Shown piece by piece: positions 16,337 to 26,884 of a stretch of DNA of 64,000 nucleotides (positions within the stretch are counted from its first letter, which is position 1; each line of letters opens with the position of its first letter). A program made the position numbers and the translations under genes. Where the stretch lies: IMG/VR virus record IMGVR_UViG_3300020404_001307; one strand, written 5' to 3'. The notes under the pieces were generated by a model. That model did no database searches, was not told where the DNA came from, and worked only from the letters and a program-made list of their open reading frames with translations. Source of the stretch: an uncultured virus (IMG/VR IMGVR_UViG_3300020404_001307) (Duplodnaviria; Heunggongvirae; Uroviricota; Caudoviricetes; Crassvirales).

Positions 16337-18570
16337 AATACGAACAAAGCTTATATAAAATAGTAGAACCAATAAGGTTAAATACTATTAAAAGATTAAA
16401 CAAAGGTAAGAAGTGGAAGTATGGTTATAATAAAGAAAATGACGTAGTTGTTATATCTAAAACCGGTATAGTTGGTGATATTATAGAAATACAAGGTTTA
16501 CAAATAGCCTTACCTAAACAGCCTAAAGAAGTATATAGCTGTAGTAAAGTAAAGTTAGAACAAAAGTGGAAACAGTTTCCAGCTAATGCAGCTTTTAAAA
16601 AAATTAAAACAGTATTTGATTGGCAGGTATATCCTGACGATTTTAAAGAAGAGCATTATAGTTATATAGACGAAGAGTTTAAAAGAAGAGAAGAAGGTTT
16701 TTGGTTTATGAATAATGGTAAGCCAACTTATATAACAGGAACACACTATATGTATTTACAATGGAGTAAAATAGATGTAGGTGCACCAGATTATAGAGAA
16801 GCTAATAGATTATTCTTTATATTCTGGGAAGCTTGTAAAGCAGATAATAGAAGTTATGGAATGTGTTATTTAAAAAATAGACGTTCTGGTTTTTCTTTTA
16901 TGAGTTCAGCTGAAACTGTTAATTTAGCTACATTAGCTAGTGATAGTAGATTTGGTATATTATCTAAAACTGGTGCTGATGCAAAGAAAATGTTTACGGA
17001 CAAAGTAGTACCTATTAGTTTAAATTATCCTTTCTTCTTCAAGCCAATACAGGACGGTATGGACCGACCAAAGTCCGAACTTGCTTACAGGGTGCCAGCA
17101 AAAAAGTTTACTCGTAAAAAAATACGTGAACGTGAAGAAATGGATGACGTTGAAGGTCTTGACACAACGATAGACTGGAAGAATACAGGTGATAATAGTT
17201 ATGATGGTGAAAAGTTAAACTTACTAGTTCATGATGAAAGTGGTAAGTGGGAAAGGCCTGATAATATAAAGAATAACTGGAGAGTTACAAAAACTTGTTT
17301 GCGATTAGGTAGTAGAGTTGTTGGTAAGTGTATGATGGGTAGTACTAGTAATTCACTAGAAAAAGGTGGTGATAATTTTAAAGATTTATATAATAACTCT
17401 GATGTGACAAAGCGTAACCGTAACGGCCAAACAAAATCAGGTTTGTATTCTTTATTTATACCAATGGAATGGAACTATGAAGGATTTATAGATGAGTATG
17501 GTCAACCTGTATTTAACACGCCTGATAAACCTTCTATTGATCCACAAGGTGTTGAAATAGATTTTGGCGTAATAGACCATTGGGAAAATGAGGCTGAGGG
17601 CTTAAAAGATGATCAAGATGCTTTAAACGAATTTTATCGCCAATTTCCTAGAACTGAAGAGCACGCATTTAGAGATGAAACTAGAAACAGTTTATTTAAC
17701 CTTATAAAAATATACGAACAGATAGATTATAATGAAGGTAACAAAAACTCTTCAGTGTTAACGACTGGTAATTTTCAATGGGCCAATGGCAAGAAAGATA
17801 CATTGGTTACTTTTAATCCAGATCCAAACGGTAGGTTTAAAATTAGTTGGGTACCAAATATAAAATTACAAAATAACGTTATATTAAAAAATGGCGTACG
17901 ATATCCAGGTAACGAGCACATGGGAGCGTTTGGTTGTGACTCATATGATATATCTGGAACGGTAGATAAAAGAGGATCTAAAGGTGCTTTGCACGGATTA
18001 ACTAAGTTTTCAATGGAAGACGCTCCAGCAAATACTTTTTTTCTTGAATATATAGCAAGGCCACAAACAGCTGAAATATTTTTTGAAGACGTTTTAATGG
18101 CATTAGTATTTTATGGTATGCCAATATTAGCAGAGAATAATAAGCCAAGGTTATTATATTATTTAAGACGTAGAGGTTATAGAGCTTTTAGTATGAACAG
18201 GCCAGATAAAATATGGAACAAACTATCAACAACTGAAAAAGAAGTAGGTGGTATGCCAAACTCAAGTGAAGATATAAAGCAAGCTCACGCGGCTGCTATT
18301 GAAATGTACATCAATGACCATGTTGGTTTATTGCAAGACGGTACTTATGGCAATATGTATTTTAACGAAACTTTAAACGATTGGTCAAAGTTTAACATAA
18401 ACAGAAGAACAAAGCATGATGCTTCTATAAGTACTGGGCTAGCCATAATGGCTTGCAACAGACATTTATACAGACCAAACCCAGAAACTAAAAAACAAAA
18501 ACTAAACCTTAGTATATCAAAGTATAATAATAGAGGATTTTCATCTAAGATAATTAAAAATAAAATATGA
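16333..18570 (+). CDS. terL: Terminase large subunit
   Basis: Walker A-like KNRRSGFS, Walker B LLVHDESGK, GST coupling motif, nuclease GCDSYD and ENN; directly upstream of the portal. Confidence 0.88.
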   Translation: MKYEQSLYKIVEPIRLNTIKRLNKGKKWKYGYNKENDVVVISKTGIVGDIIEIQGLQIALPKQPKEVYSCSKVKLEQKWKQFPANAAFKKIKTVFDWQVYPDDFKEEHYSYIDEEFKRREEGFWFMNNGKPTYITGTHYMYLQWSKIDVGAPDYREANRLFFIFWEACKADNRSYGMCYLKNRRSGFSFMSSAETVNLATLASDSRFGILSKTGADAKKMFTDKVVPISLNYPFFFKPIQDGMDRPKSELAYRVPAKKFTRKKIREREEMDDVEGLDTTIDWKNTGDNSYDGEKLNLLVHDESGKWERPDNIKNNWRVTKTCLRLGSRVVGKCMMGSTSNSLEKGGDNFKDLYNNSDVTKRNRNGQTKSGLYSLFIPMEWNYEGFIDEYGQPVFNTPDKPSIDPQGVEIDFGVIDHWENEAEGLKDDQDALNEFYRQFPRTEEHAFRDETRNSLFNLIKIYEQIDYNEGNKNSSVLTTGNFQWANGKKDTLVTFNPDPNGRFKISWVPNIKLQNNVILKNGVRYPGNEHMGAFGCDSYDISGTVDKRGSKGALHGLTKFSMEDAPANTFFLEYIARPQTAEIFFEDVLMALVFYGMPILAENNKPRLLYYLRRRGYRAFSMNRPDKIWNKLSTTEKEVGGMPNSSEDIKQAHAAAIEMYINDHVGLLQDGTYGNMYFNETLNDWSKFNINRRTKHDASISTGLAIMACNRHLYRPNPETKKQKLNLSISKYNNRGFSSKIIKNKI

Positions 18571-20945
18571 GATCAGAACATTCTATACATTTTCCATCGC
18601 AAGCAGTTAGTGACTTAGAAAAGTTAAGTGAAGATTATGGTTTAAAAGTAGCTAGAGCAATAAAACATGAGTGGTTTTCTGGAGTAACTTCAAAATATAA
18701 TACGCAGAAAAATAACTTTCACACTCTTAGATTATACTCTAGAGGTGAACAACCTGTGCAAAAATACAAAGACGAATTATCTATTAATGGTGATCTGTCT
18801 TATTTAAATTTAGACTGGAAGCCTGTGCCTATAGTGCCAAAGTTTGTAGATATTGTTGTTAATGGTATGGCTGAAAGAAATTATCAAATAAATTGTTTTT
18901 CGCAAGACGAGTATGGTGTTAGTAAACGTACTGAGTATATGGAGTCTATGCTAAGAGATATAAGAGCTAAAGAGTTTGATGCTATAGTTCAACAGCAGTA
19001 TGATATAGATATGAAAGAAAATAATGCTGAAGAACTTCCTGACACAGAAGAAGAATTAAAACTTCATATGCAGTTAAATTATAAACAAGGCGTTGAGCTA
19101 GCAGAAGAGCAAGCACTAAATGTTTTATTTGAAAATAGTAATTACGATTTAGTTAGAAGAAGATGTTTATATGATTTAGCTACATTAGGTATTGGTGCAA
19201 CAAAAACTTCATTTAACTTTAGCAATGGAGCTAGCGCTGAGTATGTAGATCCAGCTGACTTAGTTTATTCTCATACAGAATCTCCATATTTTGAAGATAT
19301 TTATTATGTTGGAGAAGTAAAAGAAATACCTATAAATGAACTTGTAAAACAATTCCCTAATTTATCTGAAGAAGATATAAAGAAAATAGCAGATAAATAT
19401 ACTAGACCTATAGATTACGTAACTAACAGAGATAAAAATAAAGTTCAAGTTTTATATTTTAATTATAAAACTCATATGAACAACGTTTACAAGTTAAAGA
19501 AAGTTGGTAGTGGTGCTGAAAAAATTATAGAAAAAGACGATTCATTTAACCCTCCTGTAGAAAGTATGGACGGTAATTTTGAAAAGCTAGAAAGAGTTAT
19601 TGAAACACTTTATGAAGGAGTTTATATTATAGGTTCTGATAAAATAATTAAGTGGAGAATGATGGATAATATGATGCGAACTGATTCTAATTTTAACAAA
19701 GTTAAAATGAATTACCAAATTGTAGCACCAAGAATGTATCAAGGTAAAATAGAATCTTTAGTTAGTAGAATAACTAGCTTTGCTGACATGATACAATTAA
19801 CACATCTTAAGCTACAACAAGTTATGTCTCGTATGGTACCAGATGGCGTTTACTTAGATGCCGATGGTTTAGCTGAAATAGATTTAGGTAATGGAACGAA
19901 CTATAATCCACAAGAAGCTTTAAACATGTTCTTTCAAACTGGTAGCGTTATAGGTAGAAGTTTTACTGGAGATGGTGATATGAATCCTGGTAAAGTTCCA
20001 ATACAGCAAATAAACAATGGAGTAAACAGTGGTAAGTTGCAAAGCTTAATAACTACTTATAACTACTATTTACAAATGATACGTGACGTAACAGGTTTAA
20101 ACGAAGCAAGAGATGCTAGTACCCCAGCTAGAGATGCTTTAGTTGGCGTTCAAAAATTAGCAGCAGCAAATTCAAATACAGCAACTAGACATATACTACA
20201 GGCAATGCTATTTTTAACCGCTGAGGTTGCTGAATGTTTATCGCTGCGAGTTTCAGATATATTAGAATACTCTCCCACAAAAGAAGCTTTTGTTAGATCT
20301 TTAGGCGCTCACAATGTTGCAACTTTAGATGAAATGAAAAACTTATATCTTCACGACTTTGGTATATTTATAGAGTTAATGCCTGACGATGAAGAAAAGC
20401 AAATGCTAGAAAATAATATACAAGTATCTTTACAGCAAGGCTCTATAGACTTAGACGATGCTATAGATTTACGTAATGTTAGGAGCGTTAAGTTAGCTAA
20501 TCAACTACTAAAAGTAAAAAGAAAAAAGAAGCAAGAAAGAGATCAGCAAATGCAACAACAAAATATACAAGCTCAATCTCAAGCTAACCAACAAGCACAG
20601 CAAGCAGCGGCTCAAGCTGAAATGCAAAAGAATCAAGCTAAAGCTCAGTCTGATGTTCAAGTAGAACAAGCAAGGTCTCAGTTTAAAACTCAGTACTTGC
20701 AAGCAGAGGTAGAAGCTAAAAAACAACTTATGTCTTATGAATTCGAACTACAGTCCAAGCTTGAAGTCATGAAGCAAAAAGTTAATAACGAGATAGAAAG
20801 TACTAGAGAGGATAGAAGAGACAATAGAGTAAATATGCAAGCATCTCATCAAAAAGAAATGATAGACCAAAGAAGTGGGGCTAATTCACTTAAAAATTTT
20901 GAGTCGTCAGGTAATGATACTATAACAGGGAGTGCAGGTATGTAA
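18567..20945 (+). CDS. Portal protein
   Basis: 792 aa after TerL; PIVPKFVDIVVNG, DVTGLNEARD; Q-rich C-terminal barrel typical of podovirus portals. Confidence 0.85.
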   Translation: MRSEHSIHFPSQAVSDLEKLSEDYGLKVARAIKHEWFSGVTSKYNTQKNNFHTLRLYSRGEQPVQKYKDELSINGDLSYLNLDWKPVPIVPKFVDIVVNGMAERNYQINCFSQDEYGVSKRTEYMESMLRDIRAKEFDAIVQQQYDIDMKENNAEELPDTEEELKLHMQLNYKQGVELAEEQALNVLFENSNYDLVRRRCLYDLATLGIGATKTSFNFSNGASAEYVDPADLVYSHTESPYFEDIYYVGEVKEIPINELVKQFPNLSEEDIKKIADKYTRPIDYVTNRDKNKVQVLYFNYKTHMNNVYKLKKVGSGAEKIIEKDDSFNPPVESMDGNFEKLERVIETLYEGVYIIGSDKIIKWRMMDNMMRTDSNFNKVKMNYQIVAPRMYQGKIESLVSRITSFADMIQLTHLKLQQVMSRMVPDGVYLDADGLAEIDLGNGTNYNPQEALNMFFQTGSVIGRSFTGDGDMNPGKVPIQQINNGVNSGKLQSLITTYNYYLQMIRDVTGLNEARDASTPARDALVGVQKLAAANSNTATRHILQAMLFLTAEVAECLSLRVSDILEYSPTKEAFVRSLGAHNVATLDEMKNLYLHDFGIFIELMPDDEEKQMLENNIQVSLQQGSIDLDDAIDLRNVRSVKLANQLLKVKRKKKQERDQQMQQQNIQAQSQANQQAQQAAAQAEMQKNQAKAQSDVQVEQARSQFKTQYLQAEVEAKKQLMSYEFELQSKLEVMKQKVNNEIESTREDRRDNRVNMQASHQKEMIDQRSGANSLKNFESSGNDTITGSAGM

Positions 20946-20978
20946 TTCCTTATTTTTAATATTTTATAAAATTTTATT

Positions 20979-22139
20979 ATGACAGAAGAAAATAAAGAAG
21001 TTATTGAAGAAGTAACTGAAGAAAACAATGAACAACCAATAGAAGAAACTATTGAACAAGTCATTGACGAAACTAAGTTTCAAAGCGCTGGAGATGACAG
21101 CGTTATTAAAGTAGACTTAGACGCACCGCTTCCTAAAAAAGAAGAGGAAGTTGTAGAAGAACAAAAAGAAAACGTAGAAGAAGTTGTAGAAGAAGTAACT
21201 GAACAACCAGTAATGGAAGAAGTTACTAATGAAGAAACAGTTGAAGAAGTAGCAGAAACAGTTGAAGAGGCTGTTGAAGAAGCAGAAACTACTGGAAATC
21301 CTTTACCAGAAAAAATACAAAAAGTTATAGACTTTATGGAAGAAACTGGTGGAGACTTACAAGACTACGTAAATTTAAATAGAGATCTATCAAAGTTAGA
21401 TGACTCAGATGTGTTAGATGAATACTATAGAAACACTAAGTCACACTTATCTGCAGAGGAAAGAAACTTTTTACTAGAAGATAGATTTGGTATAGATGAA
21501 GAGGTTGATGACGAAAAGACTATACGAAAAAAGAAAATAGCCCTGAAAGAGCAAGTTGCCGAGGCTAAAGCCCACTTAGACAGGCAAAAGTCTAAATACT
21601 ATGAAGATATTAAAGCTGGTGTTAAGCTAAGTGCTGAGCAACAAGAGGCGATTAATTTCTATCATAAATACAACGAAGATCAAGAAAGTCAGAAAAAATT
21701 ATCTGAGAAAAGCAAGAGAACATTTTTAAATAAAACTGATAGTTTCTTTGGGCAAAATTTCAAAGGTTTTGAATATAATGTCGGAGACAAAAAGTATAGG
21801 TTTAACGTTAAAGATGTCAACAGCGTAAAGAAAACTCAAAGTGATATTAATAATTTTGTCAACAAGTTTGTTGGCGAAGATAAAACAACTATTAACGACG
21901 CCGCGGGTTATCATAAATCTTTATTTACAGCTATGAACGCTGATGCTATAGCAAAACATTTTTACGAACAAGGTAAGGCTGATGCTATAAAAGGGCAAGT
22001 AGCTAAAGATAAAAACATAAACTTAGAACCACGAAAAACGCATGGAGAAGTTCAAGCTGGTGGGATAAAAGTTAAAGTTCTTGGACAATCTGCTTCTGAA
22101 ATTAAAAATAGATCTTTTAAAATTAGAAAGAAAAATTAA
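20979..22139 (+). CDS. Putative capsid scaffolding protein
   Basis: Very acidic N-terminus, coiled coil, located between portal and capsid genes. Confidence 0.7.
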   Translation: MTEENKEVIEEVTEENNEQPIEETIEQVIDETKFQSAGDDSVIKVDLDAPLPKKEEEVVEEQKENVEEVVEEVTEQPVMEEVTNEETVEEVAETVEEAVEEAETTGNPLPEKIQKVIDFMEETGGDLQDYVNLNRDLSKLDDSDVLDEYYRNTKSHLSAEERNFLLEDRFGIDEEVDDEKTIRKKKIALKEQVAEAKAHLDRQKSKYYEDIKAGVKLSAEQQEAINFYHKYNEDQESQKKLSEKSKRTFLNKTDSFFGQNFKGFEYNVGDKKYRFNVKDVNSVKKTQSDINNFVNKFVGEDKTTINDAAGYHKSLFTAMNADAIAKHFYEQGKADAIKGQVAKDKNINLEPRKTHGEVQAGGIKVKVLGQSASEIKNRSFKIRKKN

Positions 22140-22157
22140 CTTTAAAAATTTATAATT

Positions 22158-23642
22158 ATGGCAATTTCAAATCCTGGAAATCTATTAAACGCTGTACCAG
22201 GACCTATACAACAGGTTTCTACAGGGAATTATATAGATTTATCCTCCAGTCAAAATGCTGGTTGGGGACAACAATATGTACCAGACTTGATGGAAAAAGA
22301 AGCTGAAGTTTTCGGACCACGAACTATTTCAGGTTTTTTAGCTCAAGTTGGTGCAGAAGAGTCTATGACTGCCGACCAAGTAGTTTGGTCTGAGCAAGGT
22401 AGATTACACTTAACGTACACATGTACTATTAAAACTGCAGCTTCAAACTTGGTAACAATTACAGATCACATTGATACTAACGCTGCATACGTTTCTGGAT
22501 CGCATGGTATTAGAAAAGGTGATACAGTTATTATAGCAAACCCAGTTGTTAATTCAACTATTAGAGGTTACGTTTCAGCAATTGATGTTGGCGCTGATGT
22601 TAATGATATTACTGTACTTCCTTACAATACTAACGATTTAGCTGATGCAGATGCTGGAACAATGGCTGATGGTAATGCTGGTTGTGTTATTATGGTTTAT
22701 GGTTCTGAGTACAAAAAAGGTGATGACTATACTGGTAGCGCTAAGCACACAGCTAACGAGCCAGTATTTAAGACTTATACTAATAAGCCTATCATACTAA
22801 AAGATTACTACGAAGTATCTGGATCAGACGCTTCAAGAATCGGTTGGGTTGAGATAGCTACTGAAGCTGGACAAAGCGGTTACTTATGGTACTTAAAAGC
22901 TGAGTCTGATACAAGAGCTAGATTCAATGATTACTTAGAGATGTCAATGTTAGAAGGAGTCAAAGCTGAAAGCACTTCTACTGTTGATAACACTATATAC
23001 GGAGGTGCTGAGCCTACTGGTACTCAAGGTTTATTTGCAGCTATTGAGTCTAGAGGTAACATTACTACTGGTGTAACTGGTGTTAACGCTGCTACTGATT
23101 TAGCAGAGTTTGATGCTATACTAGCTGAGTTTGACAAGCAAGGTGCTATTGAAGAATACATGATGTTTGTTAACAGATCAACTAGCTTAGCTATCGATGA
23201 CATGCTTGCTTCAATGAATAAAATGGGAGCTGGCGGTACTTCATATGGTGTATTTGAAAACGATGCAGACATGGCTTTAAATTTAGGTTTCTCAGGTTTC
23301 CGAAGAGGTTCTTATGACTTCTACAAATCTGACTTTAGATACTTAAATGACAAAGGCACTAGAGGATCAATTAACGACGCTGATACTGTAAACGCTATTC
23401 GTGGTGTTATGATACCAGCTGGTGTTACTACTGTTTATGACCAACAAATGGGTAAAAACATGAAGAGACCTTTCTTGCACGTTAGATATAGAGCTTCTCA
23501 AACTGATGACCGAAGAATGAAAACTTGGGTTACTGGTTCAGTAGGTGCTGCTACATCTGCATTAGATGCAATGCAATTACATATGTTATCAGAAAGATGT
23601 TTAATCACTCAAGGTGCAAACAACTTTATGTTAATGAAGTAA
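22158..23642 (+). CDS. Major capsid protein
   Basis: 494 aa after the scaffold and followed by a hairpin; WSEQGRLH, LGFSGFRRG and GANNF motifs. Confidence 0.85.
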   Translation: MAISNPGNLLNAVPGPIQQVSTGNYIDLSSSQNAGWGQQYVPDLMEKEAEVFGPRTISGFLAQVGAEESMTADQVVWSEQGRLHLTYTCTIKTAASNLVTITDHIDTNAAYVSGSHGIRKGDTVIIANPVVNSTIRGYVSAIDVGADVNDITVLPYNTNDLADADAGTMADGNAGCVIMVYGSEYKKGDDYTGSAKHTANEPVFKTYTNKPIILKDYYEVSGSDASRIGWVEIATEAGQSGYLWYLKAESDTRARFNDYLEMSMLEGVKAESTSTVDNTIYGGAEPTGTQGLFAAIESRGNITTGVTGVNAATDLAEFDAILAEFDKQGAIEEYMMFVNRSTSLAIDDMLASMNKMGAGGTSYGVFENDADMALNLGFSGFRRGSYDFYKSDFRYLNDKGTRGSINDADTVNAIRGVMIPAGVTTVYDQQMGKNMKRPFLHVRYRASQTDDRRMKTWVTGSVGAATSALDAMQLHMLSERCLITQGANNFMLMK

Positions 23643-23656
23643 GACTATTTATTTAT

Positions 23657-23689
23657 AAGGGCGGTCTAGTATCGCCCTTATATTTTTTT
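23657..23689 (+). terminator. Rho-independent terminator after the capsid gene
   Basis: TAAGGGCG...CGCCCTTA hairpin followed by a T-run. Confidence 0.65.
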
Positions 23690-23709
23690 AATTTTTATTA
23701 TATTATATT

Positions 23710-24543
23710 ATGGCAAAGAAAAAAGAAACAACTAAGGTTGAAGAGCCTGTAGTTGAAGAAACAGTGGTTGTAAAAGAACAACCTAAGGTTGAAGCTCCTA
23801 AAATAAAAGCTAAACCAAAAGACACATGGGAAGTAAAAGATAGAATTTATTATTTAAAAGGTAGTAAAAAACCTTTAAGTAGAACAGTTAGATCTTCTAA
23901 TATATATTGGTTTGATAATGAAAAGGGTTATGAAAGAGAGTTGAAATACTGCGAGAATCAAAGAACGGTTTTTGTTGATGAAATGAAAGGTGATCAAAGA
24001 TTAGCTCATATAGTTTTTAGAGGCGGAACGCTTATGGTTCCTAAAGAAAAAACAGTATTGCAAAAGCTTTTATCAATATATCACCCAATGTTAAATAAAG
24101 TATATACTGAGTACAAACCTATTAAATTAGCTGAAATTCAAATAGATCAACTTGAAATGGAAGCTGATGCGATATTAATGGCTAGAGAAATAGATATTGA
24201 TTTAGCTGAAGCTATCATGAGAGTAGAGAAAGGATCTGAAGTATCTAAGATGAGTTCTAAAGAACTTAAAAGAGATTTGTTACTATTCGCTAGAAACAAT
24301 CCTAGTTTGTTCTTAGAGTTAGCGGCTGATGACAATGTACAGCTTAGAAACTTTGGTATTAAAGCTGTTGAAGCTGGAATAATAAGATTATCATCAGATC
24401 AAAGACATTTTACTTGGGTATCTAATGATAGAAAGATAATGACAATTCCTTTTGACGAGCATCCGTACTCTGCGTTAGCAGCTTGGTTTAAGACCGACGA
24501 AGGTATGGAGATATATACGAATATAGAAAAAAGATTATCATAA
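23710..24543 (+). CDS. Conserved hypothetical protein downstream of the capsid gene
   Basis: 277-aa co-oriented ORF. Confidence 0.75.
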   Translation: MAKKKETTKVEEPVVEETVVVKEQPKVEAPKIKAKPKDTWEVKDRIYYLKGSKKPLSRTVRSSNIYWFDNEKGYERELKYCENQRTVFVDEMKGDQRLAHIVFRGGTLMVPKEKTVLQKLLSIYHPMLNKVYTEYKPIKLAEIQIDQLEMEADAILMAREIDIDLAEAIMRVEKGSEVSKMSSKELKRDLLLFARNNPSLFLELAADDNVQLRNFGIKAVEAGIIRLSSDQRHFTWVSNDRKIMTIPFDEHPYSALAAWFKTDEGMEIYTNIEKRLS

Positions 24544-24562
24544 TATCTTTTTACTTAATATT

Positions 24563-24592
24563 AATAGCCACTCATTACGGGTGGCTATTTTT
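24563..24592 (+). terminator. Rho-independent terminator
   Basis: AATAGCCAC..GTGGCTATT hairpin followed by a T-run. Confidence 0.7.
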
Positions 24593-24652
24593 ATTTAGGT
24601 GCTAACCTTTCACTTTATTATGTAACTATAATATAGTATAAAATATAATGTT

Positions 24653-24814
24653 ATGAGTAAATCAAAAGGTTTAGGAGATACTGTAGAAAAATTTACCACG
24701 GCGACAGGAATTAAAAGTTTAACTAAGCTAGCTATGAAGGCTACAGGGTTTAAAGATTGCGGATGTGATAAGCGTAAAAAATGGCTTAATAAACAGTTTC
24801 CCTATTATAAATAA
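24653..24814 (+). CDS. Small hypothetical protein (GLGDT...DCGC..R...LN), 53 aa
   Basis: Manual translation; follows the late promoter-like motif at 24620. Confidence 0.65.
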   Translation: MSKSKGLGDTVEKFTTATGIKSLTKLAMKATGFKDCGCDKRKKWLNKQFPYYK

Positions 24815-24820
24815 AAAATT

Positions 24821-25576
24821 ATGGCAGTAGTAATAGATAATGTATATCAAAAGGTTTTAGCAATATGTAATAAAGAGCAGAGAGGTTATGTAACCCCTCA
24901 AGAGTTTAACTTGTTTGCTGATAAAGCTCAAAATGAAATATTTAGTAATTATTTTCACTCTATAAAAACAGCTGAAATTAAACCTAAAAATCAAATGTTA
25001 TACTCTGACGAAGTAGAACTAGCCGAAAAAAAATTACATCCATTTTACACTACATCAATTGTAAACACATCTAATTCCTCTTTAGCTATACCTACAAATA
25101 TATATGACTTGGTAAGTATACAGGCAGTAAGTTCTGCTAGAGGCAGTCTTAATAAATTAACTCAATTAAATAAAAGTGAAGTAGAGTATACAGAAAATAA
25201 TCCTTTAACTAAGGCATCTTTAAATAGATCTGTTTTTGTTAGAGAGACATTTAGCAACGTAACTTTATTTCCAGCTCCGTCTACAGCAACTTATAATGTT
25301 GATACTTCCAATCCGCTTGATGGCGTACTAGATGCAGAAAGCTTTAGGGTTAATTTTTACAGAGCACCTATCACTCCTAATTGGGCTTACGTTGTAACTG
25401 GAGAAAAAGCCTTATGGAACTCAAGCGCTTCTACTAATTTTGAGCTACATGAAAGCGAAGAAGAAAATCTAGTATCAAGAATATTAATGCTAGCTGGTGT
25501 TTCTATACAAAAACCAGATATACAACAAGCTGGTGTAACAGATATTAACATGGCAAGACAACAACAAAATAGCTAA
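24821..25576 (+). CDS. Putative tail ring/adaptor protein
   Basis: NKEQRGYVTPQEFN, P.WAY and FELH motifs; first gene of the tail module. Confidence 0.65.
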   Translation: MAVVIDNVYQKVLAICNKEQRGYVTPQEFNLFADKAQNEIFSNYFHSIKTAEIKPKNQMLYSDEVELAEKKLHPFYTTSIVNTSNSSLAIPTNIYDLVSIQAVSSARGSLNKLTQLNKSEVEYTENNPLTKASLNRSVFVRETFSNVTLFPAPSTATYNVDTSNPLDGVLDAESFRVNFYRAPITPNWAYVVTGEKALWNSSASTNFELHESEEENLVSRILMLAGVSIQKPDIQQAGVTDINMARQQQNS

Positions 25577-25578
25577 AT

Positions 25579-26880
25579 ATGGGACTATTATCGCAAACTC
25601 AAAATCAATATTATAATTCTAATAACTCTGGTAACTACGGAGATTATCAATTTACAACATTAGAAAATATTATAAACGCGTTTATGTTTATATATGTTGG
25701 TGAAGGTAAAATTATAAGTAAAATAAATAGAACAGATGTACAGTTTCACGCTATGCGAGCTGTGCAAGAATTATCTTATGATGTACTAAAGTCTTTTAAA
25801 TCTCAAGAGCTAGAGGTTCCTAATACATTGTCTATGGTGCTCCCTCAGGACTATGTTAATTATGTAAAGCTAGCTAGAGTAGGTAGTGACGGTTTAGAAT
25901 ATCCATTATACCCAGCTAGAACAACATCTGATCCGTTTGCTATAACACAAAACGCAGACGGCACTTATGATTTTGGTCAACAAAAAAGAGTTGTAACAGT
26001 TACGTTCTCAGGTGTGACAGGTAACTTTAGCACATTAAGTGGCGAGTATTTAACTTTAGGCTATAAAACAGCTCAAGCAACGCAGGGCTTTGTTAGTTTT
26101 AGGTTTCACTCTAGTGATTATAACACTTATGATAATCCTACGGGTGAAGGTCCTGTATTTGGTATTGACACTGAAAATACAGATACAGAAACTACTGCCG
26201 CTACTAAGTTAATGAATGCTATAAACGATTTTGGTCAACACACTGTTGTTCAAAGTGGAGGTGTTTTAACTATAACTTATAACGAGGATATGCCTAATAT
26301 ATCCTCAGTAAATTCAACAGAAAACACTTATCAGTCTAATGGTGTTCAATCTACAAGTAACTTTGATTTAGACTTAATTAATGCTGGCACAGCTGCTGGT
26401 GATAATATAGTTGAGCAAGTTCCAAGTAATACATCTGAAAATTTTGAAGATCAAACTCCAGCTAACTACCAAATGTATGATATAAATTATACAACTGATG
26501 TAGAAATATCTACGCAAGGAAGAAGATATGGATTAGAACCTGAAAACGCTCAAATAAACGGTAGTTATTTTATTGACAATTTAAGAGGGCTTATAAAGTT
26601 TAGCTCATCTTTAGCTGGCGAAACAGTAACTCTTCACTACGTTAGTGATGGCTTGGGTACTGATTCAGAGATGGTGGTGCATAAATTTTGTGAAGAAGCT
26701 TGTTATAAGCACATAGCGTACGGTGTATTATCTACAAGATCTAACATACCAGAATACTTAGTTCAAAGATATAAAAAAGAAAGATTTGCTGAAACTAGAA
26801 AAGCAAAAATTAGATTATCAAATATAAAACTAGAAGAATTTACGCAGGTCCTAAGAGGCATGAGTAAACAAATAAAATAA
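25579..26880 (+). CDS. Putative tail ring/structural protein with a central insertion
   Basis: LPQDYVNYVK and L.YVSDG motifs; position. Confidence 0.65.
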   Translation: MGLLSQTQNQYYNSNNSGNYGDYQFTTLENIINAFMFIYVGEGKIISKINRTDVQFHAMRAVQELSYDVLKSFKSQELEVPNTLSMVLPQDYVNYVKLARVGSDGLEYPLYPARTTSDPFAITQNADGTYDFGQQKRVVTVTFSGVTGNFSTLSGEYLTLGYKTAQATQGFVSFRFHSSDYNTYDNPTGEGPVFGIDTENTDTETTAATKLMNAINDFGQHTVVQSGGVLTITYNEDMPNISSVNSTENTYQSNGVQSTSNFDLDLINAGTAAGDNIVEQVPSNTSENFEDQTPANYQMYDINYTTDVEISTQGRRYGLEPENAQINGSYFIDNLRGLIKFSSSLAGETVTLHYVSDGLGTDSEMVVHKFCEEACYKHIAYGVLSTRSNIPEYLVQRYKKERFAETRKAKIRLSNIKLEEFTQVLRGMSKQIK

Positions 26881-26884
26881 AATT